Positions 19,403 to 28,780 of a DNA stretch of 64,000 bases are shown here, piece by piece. The notes beneath the pieces are model-generated. The model did no database searches, was not told the DNA's origin, and saw only the letters and a program-made list of their open reading frames with translations. The position numbers were made by a program, and so were the translations under genes. Numbering within the stretch: position 1 is the stretch's first letter; each line of letters opens with the position of its first letter. Origin of the DNA: an uncultured bacterium (GTDB taxonomy: Bacteria; Verrucomicrobiota; Kiritimatiellia; CAIKKV01; CALHGX01); the NCBI GenBank assembly GCA_938031185.1, contig CALHGX010000008.1:15787-79786 (forward strand), in the 5' to 3' direction.

Positions 19403-20085
19403 CGGAGCGGTAGCGCTCTTGTCGGAGACGGATTGGACGCGACGCTCCAAGTTCCGGCCGCAAAGATCGGGGTCTCGATTTCGATGATGTCGGCGTCTCC
19501 GTCTGCCGCTTGGAGGCGGATGAAAGCCGAACGGGGCAACGTCTGTTCCCGCCAAGCGTTGGTCCAACCGTCCGGTCCCGCGACGCGCACCTCGAAACCG
19601 GCGACGTGCGGGAAGTCCTCCGTTTGGAGACGCGCTTCAACGCGTGCCGCCGATGACGCGGTGCGGCGCAAGACAGGTCGGCCGTCGGCTGCCGGACGTT
19701 CCATGGCATATTGCACCGCTTCCGTGACGAGAGGCAGCGGGTGATCCTTCTCCGCAGGCCGGGCGGCGATGAAGCGCAGCATGGTTTGCGTGGGACCGAA
19801 ACGCGTGTCCGGTTCAAGCGAAAAGACCGCGGCCGGAGATTCCGTGGACCGGCAGGCGCCGGCCAGATCGCGCCGCACCGACTCGCCCGCGTGGAGCAGA
19901 CCCTGCTGGCGCGACCATCGGTCCAGCCGTCCCCGCATCATGCGCTCCGAGACCAAGTAGACGCTCAGGCCGGCCAAAACGAGCGCCACGCTGACAGCGG
20001 TGGCGACAAGAACTTCCGCCAACGTAAAGGCCGTTTGACGGACGCGACGGACATTCGATTTGTTCAGACGGGAATTCGGATTCAT
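19399..20085 (-). CDS. prepilin-type N-terminal cleavage/methylation domain protein (pseudopilin-like)
   Basis: Internal ATG MNPNSRLNKSNVRRVRQTAFTLAEVLVATAVSVALVL. Class III signal motif (FTLAEVLV) followed by a hydrophobic helix. 228 aa. Confidence 0.65.
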   Translation of the reverse strand: MNPNSRLNKSNVRRVRQTAFTLAEVLVATAVSVALVLAGLSVYLVSERMMRGRLDRWSRQQGLLHAGESVRRDLAGACRSTESPAAVFSLEPDTRFGPTQTMLRFIAARPAEKDHPLPLVTEAVQYAMERPAADGRPVLRRTASSAARVEARLQTEDFPHVAGFEVRVAGPDGWTNAWREQTLPRSAFIRLQAADGDADIIEIETPIFAAGTWSVASNPSPTRALPLR

Positions 20086-20149
20086 GCGGCGCTCTCTTGA
20101 TGGCGAGGAAGAGGCGCAAACCTCGCGGGCCCCGGCAAGCGGAGATGGC

Positions 20150-20641
20150 CTACACGTTACGGATTCGAATGACGAAAAACACCAGCGCCACCACCACGAA
20201 CAGGCCCAGCACAACCATCAGCCAGATCCAGGCGGTGCGGCTGTCTTTACGCGCTCCAAAGGGCGAGACACCCCCGAGCGCGGGCGGCGCGACGGGCACA
20301 CCGGAAACCACTTCCACCCGCGGTTGATCCCCTACCGTTTCCTCTACATCTACGTCGGTGCCATCGAACATGATCTCCAGCGCGCCGATCTGTATGATGT
20401 CCTTCGGTTTGAGCCGCGACCGATTGACCTGCTGTCCGTTCAGGCGGGTTCCGTTGGTGGAGCCAAGATCGCAGAGAGTGTATTCGCGGCCCGAACGCGT
20501 GATGCAGAAATGTTGACCCGAGACGGCGGGGTCGTCGGCGATGATGTCGTTGTTCGTGTTACGGCCCACGAAGAACTCATCGCGCTCGATTTCGTAGCGC
20601 TGCCCTTTCAGCGCGCCACTCATGCCGATCAGTATGGCCAT
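20150..20641 (-). CDS. FHA-domain protein with C-terminal transmembrane anchor (163 aa)
   Basis: Internal ATG MAILIGMSG. FHA signature FFVGRN...VSGQHFCI...DLGSTNGTRLNG. C-terminal helix WIWLMVVLGLFVVVALVFFVI. The rest of ORF 20150..21406 is antisense to pyrC. Confidence 0.75.
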   Translation of the reverse strand: MAILIGMSGALKGQRYEIERDEFFVGRNTNNDIIADDPAVSGQHFCITRSGREYTLCDLGSTNGTRLNGQQVNRSRLKPKDIIQIGALEIMFDGTDVDVEETVGDQPRVEVVSGVPVAPPALGGVSPFGARKDSRTAWIWLMVVLGLFVVVALVFFVIRIRNV

Positions 20642-20700
20642 GACCGCATCCCTGCCCGTGTTGAAATACGTGTTGAACGTCGCATGATTGAGCCGCGCTG

Positions 20701-22014
20701 TCAATATAGGTTTGACTTTTCGGCGATTTCGCTGTCGGCACTCCAGGACCTGCGGCCGTCGAGCCACGTGTGCACGGCCCGCCCGCGCAGCGTCCATTTC
20801 TCGAAGGGCGTGTTGCGTGATCGGGAAACGAAATCGGCGGCCCGCACGGTCCATTCCGTTTCCAGATCCAGCAGAGTCAAGCTGGCCGGCGCCCCTGCCG
20901 CGAGCGTTGGCGCGGGAAGACCAAGGACGCGAGAGGGGCCAAGGGTCCAGCGCCTGAGCCATTCCATCAGAGACATCCGCCCAGAGCGCACCAGCAGCGT
21001 GAAGGTGACGCCCACCGCCGTTTCCAGTCCCACTACGCCGAACGGGGCGCGGAGGAAGCCGACCTGCTTGGCGGCGGTTGTGTGCGGCGCGTGATCCGTT
21101 GCCAAGACTTGCACCGTGCCGTCGGCGACCGCCTCCAGCAGCGCCAAACGGTCCTCCTCGGTTCCCAAGGGGGGGTTCATTTTTGTTTCCGGCCGATCGG
21201 GCAAAACGACGGCTTCGGTCAGTGCCAGGTGGTGCGGCGTTGCTTCGGCGGACACGGGCAGGCCCTTCGCTTTGGCGGCGCGAATCAAGCGGAGGGCGGC
21301 CGCTGTGGAGACATGCTGAATATGCACGGCGCAACCGGTGCGTTGTGCCAATCGGATGTCGCGTTCGACGATGACCGATTCCGCCTCGGCGGGGATGCCT
21401 GGCCATCCGAATGCGCGCGCGCGAGCCCCTTCGCGCATTACACCCCGCCCCGCCCGTTGCGGGTCCAGCGCGTGGTCGAGAATCGGCCGCCCCAGCGCGG
21501 TCGCCCGGCGCATGGCTTCCTCCATGAGACGGTCGTTGGCGACGGTCGCGCCGTCATCCGTGAACGCCACGGCGCCGGCAGCGGCCAGCGCCTCGAGGTT
21601 GGCGAGCGTTTGACCGGCGCGGCCCGCAGTGAGGCTGGCCGCCGGCCACACGCGCGCGTGCCCGGCCGAGCGGGCTCGTTCAAGAAGACGTTGCATCGCT
21701 TCAGGGGTGTCGATGGGTGGCGTGGTGTTGGGCATGGCCACGACTGCAACGAACCCGCCTCGCGCGGCGGCGCGCAACCCTGAGTCCACGGTTTCCGCTT
21801 CCTCAAGCCCCGGTTCGCGCAGATGAACGTGCAGGTCAATGAGCCCCGGCGTTACGACGAGCCCCCGGGCATCGAGCGCGGTGGCGCCCTGCCGATCTGC
21901 TTCTTCGGGGGCGGCGATGCGACCGTCGAGAATGGCCAGATCGGCGATTTCGTCCCGGCCCGAGGCCGGGTCGAGCACGCGTCCTCCGCGAAGCAGCCAT
22001 GCCCTGCCTGTCAC
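20701..22014 (-). CDS. pyrC: dihydroorotase
   Basis: GLIDLHVHLREPG metal-binding motif, AMPNTTPP, amidohydrolase fold, 437 aa. Confidence 0.9.
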   Translation of the reverse strand: MTGRAWLLRGGRVLDPASGRDEIADLAILDGRIAAPEEADRQGATALDARGLVVTPGLIDLHVHLREPGLEEAETVDSGLRAAARGGFVAVVAMPNTTPPIDTPEAMQRLLERARSAGHARVWPAASLTAGRAGQTLANLEALAAAGAVAFTDDGATVANDRLMEEAMRRATALGRPILDHALDPQRAGRGVMREGARARAFGWPGIPAEAESVIVERDIRLAQRTGCAVHIQHVSTAAALRLIRAAKAKGLPVSAEATPHHLALTEAVVLPDRPETKMNPPLGTEEDRLALLEAVADGTVQVLATDHAPHTTAAKQVGFLRAPFGVVGLETAVGVTFTLLVRSGRMSLMEWLRRWTLGPSRVLGLPAPTLAAGAPASLTLLDLETEWTVRAADFVSRSRNTPFEKWTLRGRAVHTWLDGRRSWSADSEIAEKSNLY

Positions 22015-22146
22015 GAGATCGAAAGTAGCAAAGCGCGGCGTTCGGACGCAATGCTTGCGGCGGAGACCGTTTTGCGGGCGGTTCTTGACGGCGGCGGCGG
22101 CGGCGCGTGATGATGGCGGCCATCACAGCAACGCGGAGGAACAGGC

Positions 22147-23241
22147 GTGAAACGAATCGGCATCTTGACGGGAGGCGGGGATTGCCCTGGGTTAAACGCG
22201 GTCATTCGGGCGGTGGCGAAACCCGCGATGAACGACTGGAACGCAACCGTCATCGGCATCGAGGACGGTTTTGAGGGGCTGGTGGAGGGTCGGGCCCGAG
22301 AGCTGACCAATCAGGACGTTTCGGGGATCATCAATCTGGGTGGCACCATTCTGGGCACATCCAACAAAGGGGATCCGTGGCACTATCCGGTGATGAGGGC
22401 GGACGGCGGTCTGACGATCATGGACGCCTCCGAGCGCGCGTTGGGGCACTACAGGGAATGGGGACTGGATGCGTTGGTGACGGTGGGCGGCGACGGCACG
22501 ATGCACATTGCCGCGCGCATGATGGAGTTGGGAGCACGGGTCATCGGTGTGCCGAAAACCATAGACAACGATCTGGCGGCCACGGATGTGACGTTCGGGT
22601 TCGACTCGGCCGTGGCGGTGGCGACGGAGGCGATTGACCGGCTGCACACCACCGCCTCCTCCCATCACCGCGTGATGGTGATGGAGGTCATGGGCCGGTA
22701 CGCGGGCTGGATTGCCCTGACGGCGGGTGTGGCGGGCGGGGCGGACGTGATTCTGCTGCCTGAAATCCCCTTCACGTGGGAGGCGGTGTGCCGCAAAGTG
22801 GTGGAGCGCAGCCGTCGGGGCAAACGGTTCAGCATTGTCTGCGTGGCGGAAGGAGCAAAATGCCCGGACGTCGGCGAAGTCGTTCGCCGATACGATCCTT
22901 CACGAACGGATGCCAAGCAGCTCGGAGGGGTGGGCGATCTGGTGGCGCGCGAGATCGGAGCGCGGACTTCATTGGAAACGCGCGTGACGGTGCTCGGGCA
23001 TCTTGTGCGCGGCGGCAGCCCCACCGCCTTCGATCGAGTGCTGGCCACCCGTTTCGGCGCGTTCGCGGCGAGATTGGCGGGAGAAGGCCGTTTCGGAATG
23101 ATGGCCGCCCTGCGCGGGACTGAAATCATTGCCGTTCCGATTCGGGATGCAATTGAGCGTCTAAAACTCGTTTCGCCTAATCATGGACTGATCATGGCGG
23201 CACGATCCGTCGGCACGAGCTTTGGCGACGAAGTCGGTTGA
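22147..23241 (+). CDS. pfkA: 6-phosphofructokinase (ATP- or PPi-dependent not decided)
   Basis: GILTGGGDCPGLNAVIRA, TVGGDGT and PKTIDND. GTG start preceded by GGAGGA 6 nt upstream. Confidence 0.9.
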   Translation: MKRIGILTGGGDCPGLNAVIRAVAKPAMNDWNATVIGIEDGFEGLVEGRARELTNQDVSGIINLGGTILGTSNKGDPWHYPVMRADGGLTIMDASERALGHYREWGLDALVTVGGDGTMHIAARMMELGARVIGVPKTIDNDLAATDVTFGFDSAVAVATEAIDRLHTTASSHHRVMVMEVMGRYAGWIALTAGVAGGADVILLPEIPFTWEAVCRKVVERSRRGKRFSIVCVAEGAKCPDVGEVVRRYDPSRTDAKQLGGVGDLVAREIGARTSLETRVTVLGHLVRGGSPTAFDRVLATRFGAFAARLAGEGRFGMMAALRGTEIIAVPIRDAIERLKLVSPNHGLIMAARSVGTSFGDEVG

Positions 23242-23253
23242 GCTGCGGCGGCG

Positions 23254-23820
23254 TCAAGTGCCCGAAGGACTAACCGGCGTGGGCGGCCTCGGGCGTGGCG
23301 GAGGGGGGGGAGGAGGTGGAGGGGGCGGCGGAGGCGGCGGCGGGCGGAAACGATCTCGCTCCCGCTGACTGGCCAGCGACGGATCGGAAGGCCCCTGCGC
23401 TCCGTCTATTTCCATGTCGGGATACTCCGGCACCGGGCGTTTTCGTTCCCAGACGAGCACGATTGGAAACACGGCGGGCGGGGCATCGTGGGGCAACGGC
23501 TGATAGGGAAAAAGCTCCGTCCGAACCGGCCGTTCATACACTTCGATATCGGCCGAAGCGGTTTCCATTAGATAGCGGAGGGGCGGCCGAGTTTCTTCCG
23601 GTTCCGGTATCTCTTCGAGAGGCGGCTCGAGCGGTTCAGGAGCAGGCGCTTCCATGACAAAAGGCGGGGGCGCGGAGATGAGGGGGCGATGGAGCCGAGG
23701 CGTTGGCGGGAGAAGGGGAGGAGGCTGCGGATACGGCAGCATGTAGTTCAACGCGAGCGCGGCGCCCAGCCCCGCCACGATCACGATGACGATCCCCGCC
23801 TTGGAGCGGTCCAAACGCAT
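23254..23820 (-). CDS. membrane-anchored proline-rich protein ending in a P16 tract (188 aa)
   Basis: The internal ATG at 23820 is preceded by AAGGGGG. TM helix GIVIVIVAGLGAALAL. About one third Pro. C-terminus RPPPPPPPPPPPPPPPPRPRPPTPVSPSGT. Confidence 0.6.
   Translation of the reverse strand: MRLDRSKAGIVIVIVAGLGAALALNYMLPYPQPPPLLPPTPRLHRPLISAPPPFVMEAPAPEPLEPPLEEIPEPEETRPPLRYLMETASADIEVYERPVRTELFPYQPLPHDAPPAVFPIVLVWERKRPVPEYPDMEIDGAQGPSDPSLASQRERDRFRPPPPPPPPPPPPPPPPRPRPPTPVSPSGT
23296..23343 (-). repeat. (CCN)16 low-complexity tract encoding 16 consecutive prolines; contains a G8/C8 run at 23303-23310
   Basis: Codon-by-codon reading of the minus strand: 16 consecutive CCN codons. Confidence 0.9.
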
Positions 23821-23987
23821 TGAACCCCCTTTTCGTGTAATAATAGACCTGTGCGGCGAGCAGGTCAATCTCAAGCCGCATACGGTGCCCCAAGCGGCTC
23901 TATTTCCGGCAAAGACGGCTGAGCGGGCATGCGAGTGCTTGTCTCCTCCGTCCTGCCGGCAACCCGAACGGAACATGCCCGCACCGG

Positions 23988-24695
23988 CTAGTTCTCGCGG
24001 GGGCGGCGAGAGACCAACGGCGCGCGAGACATTCCCGCGGCGTCGCGTGCCATCTTAAGAAGTTCCGCTGCCACGACCCAGGGCGCGTGATCGCGCCAGT
24101 CCGGCGCCGCCGGCGCGGAGCGGAACACCAAGGCCGTTCGGAGGTGCTTTCTCAACTGACGCAAGGATCGACGCATGTGAAATGGCGATGTGACAACGAC
24201 CAGAGTGCGAATGGCCGGTTGTTCCGCCAGAAAATGAGCCAGCAGCTCCATTTCCGTATCCGTGGTGATGGGGCGGCCAGGCACCCGTTTCAGACGTACG
24301 GTGTTTCCGAGGCGGCCGGCGATCTTCTTTTCCGCCCAAGCCGCCATGCAGAGATTCGTCTGCTCCGCACGGGACCATGGCCCCTTCGTTGTGTCGTTTC
24401 CGATCAGAACAATAAGGCCGGGGCCGTCATTCGTTGCTGCTTGATTCGTCCAGGGACTGACGAAGTCTACCAGTATGTCGATTCGGCGATTCTGGGCCTT
24501 GTCGCCGGCCATTAGGTAGACCGCATCCGGCAGCTGCGGGCTGTTCCATGCTTGAGACCCGCACTGCAGCCAGAGGGCCGCGGGGCCGGAGAGAAGCAGC
24601 CAAACGAGAGCTGCTAGGACGAACCACAACGCAAGCCGGCTTCGGTGCTGGCGCCGCGTTAGTTCTTGTTCGGGGCACATGACGGAAAAAGGCAC
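23988..24695 (-). CDS. DUF218 (YdcF/SanA/ElyC-like) domain membrane protein
   Basis: N-terminal TM (LALWFVLAALVWLLL). Family-typical VVVTSPFHMRRS motif. GTG at 24695 or ATG at 24680 as the start. Confidence 0.55.
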   Translation of the reverse strand: MPFSVMCPEQELTRRQHRSRLALWFVLAALVWLLLSGPAALWLQCGSQAWNSPQLPDAVYLMAGDKAQNRRIDILVDFVSPWTNQAATNDGPGLIVLIGNDTTKGPWSRAEQTNLCMAAWAEKKIAGRLGNTVRLKRVPGRPITTDTEMELLAHFLAEQPAIRTLVVVTSPFHMRRSLRQLRKHLRTALVFRSAPAAPDWRDHAPWVVAAELLKMARDAAGMSRAPLVSRRPREN

Positions 24696-24872
24696 GCCGG
24701 TTGGTTATGGGCGCATACTACTGCAAGGAACCCGAGAAGGGCAACAGGCGGTGTCGTCGAAGCGATGGAAAGCACCTTCAGGCTGGACAGGTCGCAGGAG
24801 AGCGGGTTCAATGCGGAGCCGGCGGGGATATGTGGCGATCCTCGGGTCCGAATGAAGAAGGGGTGTGCAACC

Positions 24873-25979
24873 ATGCCGTATGCGCAACTGGACCGTCATG
24901 CGCTTCGAATCAAGCCGTTGAAAGAGCGAAAAAACAAGGTGCTGATCGAGCGGGATCAAGTGTCGCCGGAATCGGTGCCGCGGCCATTGTCGGCCGCCGC
25001 GGCGGCAGTGGTGGAAGAAGTGGCGGCGCGCATGAAAAGGGCGCGGGCGGCGGGGCGGTCCATCATGCTGGTGTTCGGGGCGCACACGATCAAGAACGGC
25101 CTGGCGCCGGTCTTGATCCGGTTGATGGAGGAGGGCTGGGTGACGCATCTGGCCACGAATGGCGCGGGTATCATCCACGACTGGGAGTTTTCCTTTCAGG
25201 GTGCGAGCAGTGAGGATGTGCGGGCGAATGTGCGGCGGGGTGAGTTCGGGATATGGCAGGAAACGGGGTTCTACATCAATCTGGCGATTGTCGTGGGGGC
25301 CTACGAAGGCATGGGATATGGGGAGTCCGTTGGCGCATTGGTTCACAATGAGGGCTTGACGATACCGGCGCCCGCCGAACTGGAACGGGAAATCATTCGC
25401 GAAGCGACGGCCTGCCCCGAGCGAGCCGCCGCCGCGGCGGACCTGCTGGACGTCATTCGGCGCTTTGCCTTGCCCCCCGGGCGAATGACAGTGCCGCACT
25501 CGTTCAAGCGTTTCGGCGTGCAGGCGGCGGCCTATCGTCTGCGCATGCCTTTCACCGGCCATCCGATGATCGGCCATGACATCATCTATAATCATCCGAT
25601 GAATCATGGGGCGGCCATCGGACGGACGGCGTTGAGAGATTTCCTCACGTTCGCGCATGGTGTGACGAACCTCGACGACGGCGTGTACCTTTCGGTGGGG
25701 TCCGCCGTGATGTCGCCCATGATTTTCGAGAAGGCTTTGTCCATGGCGCAGAATCTGGCCTTGCAGAAGGGGCAACCGATTACAAGGCATTTCATAACTG
25801 TGGTGGACCTGGCCGAGTCGTCGTGGGACTGGCAGAAGGATGGAGAGCCGCCCCAGGACCATCCGGCGTATTACCTGCGTTACTGCAAATCATTCAGCCG
25901 CATGGGTGGCGTCATGCGGTACGCAAGTTGCGACAACCGGGATTTCCTTCTGGCGCTCAGCACCGCCTTGAAAGACTAG
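24873..25979 (+). CDS. conserved hypothetical protein, possibly a deoxyhypusine-synthase-like (DHS-like NAD-binding) fold
   Basis: 368 aa from MPYAQLD (AAGGGG about 12 nt upstream). LVFGAHTIKNGLAPVLIRLMEEGWVTHLATNGAGIIHD and later GVYLSVGSAVMSP resemble the two Rossmann-like segments of the DS family. This is a memory-based resemblance only. Confidence 0.45.
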   Translation: MPYAQLDRHALRIKPLKERKNKVLIERDQVSPESVPRPLSAAAAAVVEEVAARMKRARAAGRSIMLVFGAHTIKNGLAPVLIRLMEEGWVTHLATNGAGIIHDWEFSFQGASSEDVRANVRRGEFGIWQETGFYINLAIVVGAYEGMGYGESVGALVHNEGLTIPAPAELEREIIREATACPERAAAAADLLDVIRRFALPPGRMTVPHSFKRFGVQAAAYRLRMPFTGHPMIGHDIIYNHPMNHGAAIGRTALRDFLTFAHGVTNLDDGVYLSVGSAVMSPMIFEKALSMAQNLALQKGQPITRHFITVVDLAESSWDWQKDGEPPQDHPAYYLRYCKSFSRMGGVMRYASCDNRDFLLALSTALKD

Positions 25980-26011
25980 CGCTCTCGGCACGGCATGCTA
26001 TTGCCGGCCGA

Positions 26012-28573
26012 CTAATGGGGGGGCTCGATCACGGGCGGCAGCATCGGGGCGCGGGCCGTCGTCCATTCCTCATGCAGGGTGGCCGCCACGCTGCTGCCAA
26101 AAAGAGCCAGGAATGTCAATCCGACGGCTGTCAACGCAACAGCCAGACGACGGACGCCAAGCAGCCGGAGTCCGATGCTTGCGCCAAGCAGGTGTGCGCC
26201 CAGCACGGTAATCCACAGGCGCAGGGAGGCCGGCAAGCGGAAATGCCAAAAGAAGGCGGCTCGCGTCCAGGGCAGGGCCGGCGCTTCCAGTTTGTTCTGG
26301 CGGGCAAAGGCAATCGCCAGATTGCGTCGGATGTCCGGGCAACTGCCCTCGTAGCGTTCGGCTTGTTGCAGTGAATCCACCGCCTCGGCATGGCGGCCGG
26401 CCATCAGTAGTGCGGTTCCCATATTGTAGAATACATCGCCGTTACGCACGCCCAGATCCAACAGTTGCCGATAAGTCATGGCGGCAGCCAGAAAATCGGC
26501 AGGCGTCTGGGCGGCGGCCATGCGCGCATTGGCTTGCTCCCATAAAAAGGCGTGTTCAGGAAGCGACGCTCCAGCGGCCGGCGTGGCGGTAAGAAGGCCA
26601 AGCAGCAGGAGGGCCGCGCTGGCGCGCGCCGAAGGGCGGCGGACTATTCTTTCGACTTCCTTGAGGCAGGCCAAGGTCTCGGCCATCGCGTCGGCGGATG
26701 AGTCTGGCGGTTCCGAATCGGGTCGAAAGGCCGCGTGCATATGGATGCTCATGTTGGTTGCCAGTCTTGAGGCGAGGGCGGCCGGAACCCCTCGCGCGGT
26801 CAGGCGAGGCGCCACCTCTGCGGGGGTCAGCGCTTCGCCGGACTCATTAAAAATGTCGGCGAGATACTGACGGATGGCGGACAGCGCCCTGCGATGCGCC
26901 TCTGTGGCATGGGTGTTTTCGAGTGCGGCGGCCTGCCGGAGCGAGCGGGTGGCGCGGCGCAGGGCGGTTTTGCGCCGCCGCCGGCGTTCGCGTTGCGGCT
27001 GTCGTTTGCGCCACCAGAGCGCCGCGGCTATGCCGATGGGATAAAGTGGCGCGGCCGCCAGCGCACCCCAGGCAGCGGGCGGCCACAGTCTCTGCGAGGA
27101 GGCGCCTTTGGCGTCGAATCGGATGGGCGCCGGCGTAAACCGGTCCGCGGCCGCTGCGCGCGCGGGCGGCGCCTGATGGGATTCGGTCTGACTCACTACC
27201 TGCGTGATCGTTAGTTCTTCGGAAGGACGCACCTTGACGGGCAGGGGTTTGGTGTGCACGGTTTGGTATTCGCGCCGCAGAACATCATAGTAGGAAACGG
27301 CAATGGGCGGCAGTTCGTAGAAACCCGCTTCGCGGGGCCGAAGGGTGAACGTGTATTCCCGCCCGCGATCCGTGCGGGCCGATTGCGGGTTCTCGTAGAC
27401 TTCGAATCGTGCCACGAGATTGGACTGCACATTGAGACGGGGCGGTAAAATGTTCTGGAGCTGAACATCGCCGCCAATGGTGAGAGTGAGCCGGAGGGGG
27501 TCGCCGACGTTGCAGGTCTGGGTGTCCAAGCGGGCTTCCACAAGAAGATTGCTTCCGATTGCGCCGATATAGGATTCGGGGCGTCCCTTTTCGGGCGGAG
27601 GCACAATGCGCACCGTCACGGCGCGTCCGATGGCAAAGAACTCCTTCGTGACGGGGCCACCCCGTGCGTCCACATCCACCACCAGCGGCCCTTTGAACAG
27701 TACCGGGCCGAAGGTGCAAGCGCCTTCCTTGAGCGGGCGGTACCGCGCCGCCAGCCGGTACTCGAAGCACGGCTTGCCGTTTTCCTCGACTTCCCGGCGG
27801 TCCAGTTTGAAACGGGCGGGTTCCGGTTCGAAGGGGTCGCGAAGATTGAAGAAGGCGTCGAAATCCAGACCGCGCTCGACGCGGTACTGATTGATGGCGA
27901 AGCCTGGTTCGCGGCCGCGTGTCAGTCGGCTGCGCAGCAGGGACGCCACATCAGGCCCTTCGAGTTCGGCTGGCGTCTGATCGAGATGCGGCACGGACAG
28001 ATGCGGCGGCTTGTCCCAGAGCAACGGCTCGGCATCCTGATACGGTTCGGGCAGACGTGGCATCGTTACGGTGAGCGTAATTTCAAAGGGCTCGTCCACC
28101 AGCACCGCTTCTCGTGAGGCGGCGAGCCGAACCCGGACCTCGCTCTCTTCGTCCACGCCAACGACGTTGACCGTCGGGCCGGGGATGCTGATGAGGATGC
28201 CGTCCGTTTCCAGGCGCACAGGGCCGATGCGCACATTGCCGGTGCGGAGCGGCGTGACCTCATAAGAGAATACGCGTCCGGAGAACCCTTCCCTTTGCAT
28301 TTGCCCGTTGACCCAGAGAATGCGGTATTGGCTGATGTCGCGACTGCCGAGCGAACGAATGCGGCTGTCTTGGATGGCCGAGAGATCCGGTTCAGCGGCG
28401 CCTTTTGGATTGGTCACCCGGACTTCCAGGAGCACGGATTCCCCTTCGTAGATCCGATCCCGGTTGACGGAGGCATCCATCGCCGGCGTGGCGGCATGGA
28501 CGACCGCCGTGAGCGCGGCCCACAGTGCTCCAGAATAGATGTTCCTAGCTTTTGCGTTCAAGGAATGACCCAC
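26012..28573 (-). CDS. BatD-like protein fused to a TPR region and C-terminal TM segments (853 aa)
   Basis: GTG start. Signal-like N-terminus. BatD-type repeated beta modules (RIYEGESVLLEVRVTN..., VTPLRTGNVRIGPV...). Central TM (WGALAAAPLYPIGIAAALWW) followed by an RRRRK stretch. TPR-like helices (YRQLLDLGVRNGDVFYNMGTALLMAGRHAEAVDSLQQA). Confidence 0.55.
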   Translation of the reverse strand: MGHSLNAKARNIYSGALWAALTAVVHAATPAMDASVNRDRIYEGESVLLEVRVTNPKGAAEPDLSAIQDSRIRSLGSRDISQYRILWVNGQMQREGFSGRVFSYEVTPLRTGNVRIGPVRLETDGILISIPGPTVNVVGVDEESEVRVRLAASREAVLVDEPFEITLTVTMPRLPEPYQDAEPLLWDKPPHLSVPHLDQTPAELEGPDVASLLRSRLTRGREPGFAINQYRVERGLDFDAFFNLRDPFEPEPARFKLDRREVEENGKPCFEYRLAARYRPLKEGACTFGPVLFKGPLVVDVDARGGPVTKEFFAIGRAVTVRIVPPPEKGRPESYIGAIGSNLLVEARLDTQTCNVGDPLRLTLTIGGDVQLQNILPPRLNVQSNLVARFEVYENPQSARTDRGREYTFTLRPREAGFYELPPIAVSYYDVLRREYQTVHTKPLPVKVRPSEELTITQVVSQTESHQAPPARAAAADRFTPAPIRFDAKGASSQRLWPPAAWGALAAAPLYPIGIAAALWWRKRQPQRERRRRRKTALRRATRSLRQAAALENTHATEAHRRALSAIRQYLADIFNESGEALTPAEVAPRLTARGVPAALASRLATNMSIHMHAAFRPDSEPPDSSADAMAETLACLKEVERIVRRPSARASAALLLLGLLTATPAAGASLPEHAFLWEQANARMAAAQTPADFLAAAMTYRQLLDLGVRNGDVFYNMGTALLMAGRHAEAVDSLQQAERYEGSCPDIRRNLAIAFARQNKLEAPALPWTRAAFFWHFRLPASLRLWITVLGAHLLGASIGLRLLGVRRLAVALTAVGLTFLALFGSSVAATLHEEWTTARAPMLPPVIEPPH

Positions 28574-28780
28574 CTATGCCTCGTTACGCCAGAAGGCAGA
28601 TCGAACTGCGGCGCCGTTGGGATGGAAATACACGACCGAGTGAAATTACGATAACGAGTTCGAAAATCCCGTCAACATTTTTTGGGTTGCTGCCACGCCA
28701 TTCCCGCAAACAGCGGCCTGTGTCGAGAGGCCCCCGTCGTTTGCCTCTTTCACGCAGCGTGGATATAGTGCTCCAAGGGG

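Noticed and set aside
23923-23982. 9-bp perfect inverted repeat GCGGGCATG-N42-CATGCCCGC just downstream of the DUF218 gene
   Set aside because: By rough estimate, several such 9-bp GC-rich inverted repeats are expected by chance in 64 kb. There is no U-tract and the loop is long, so I do not call it a terminator.
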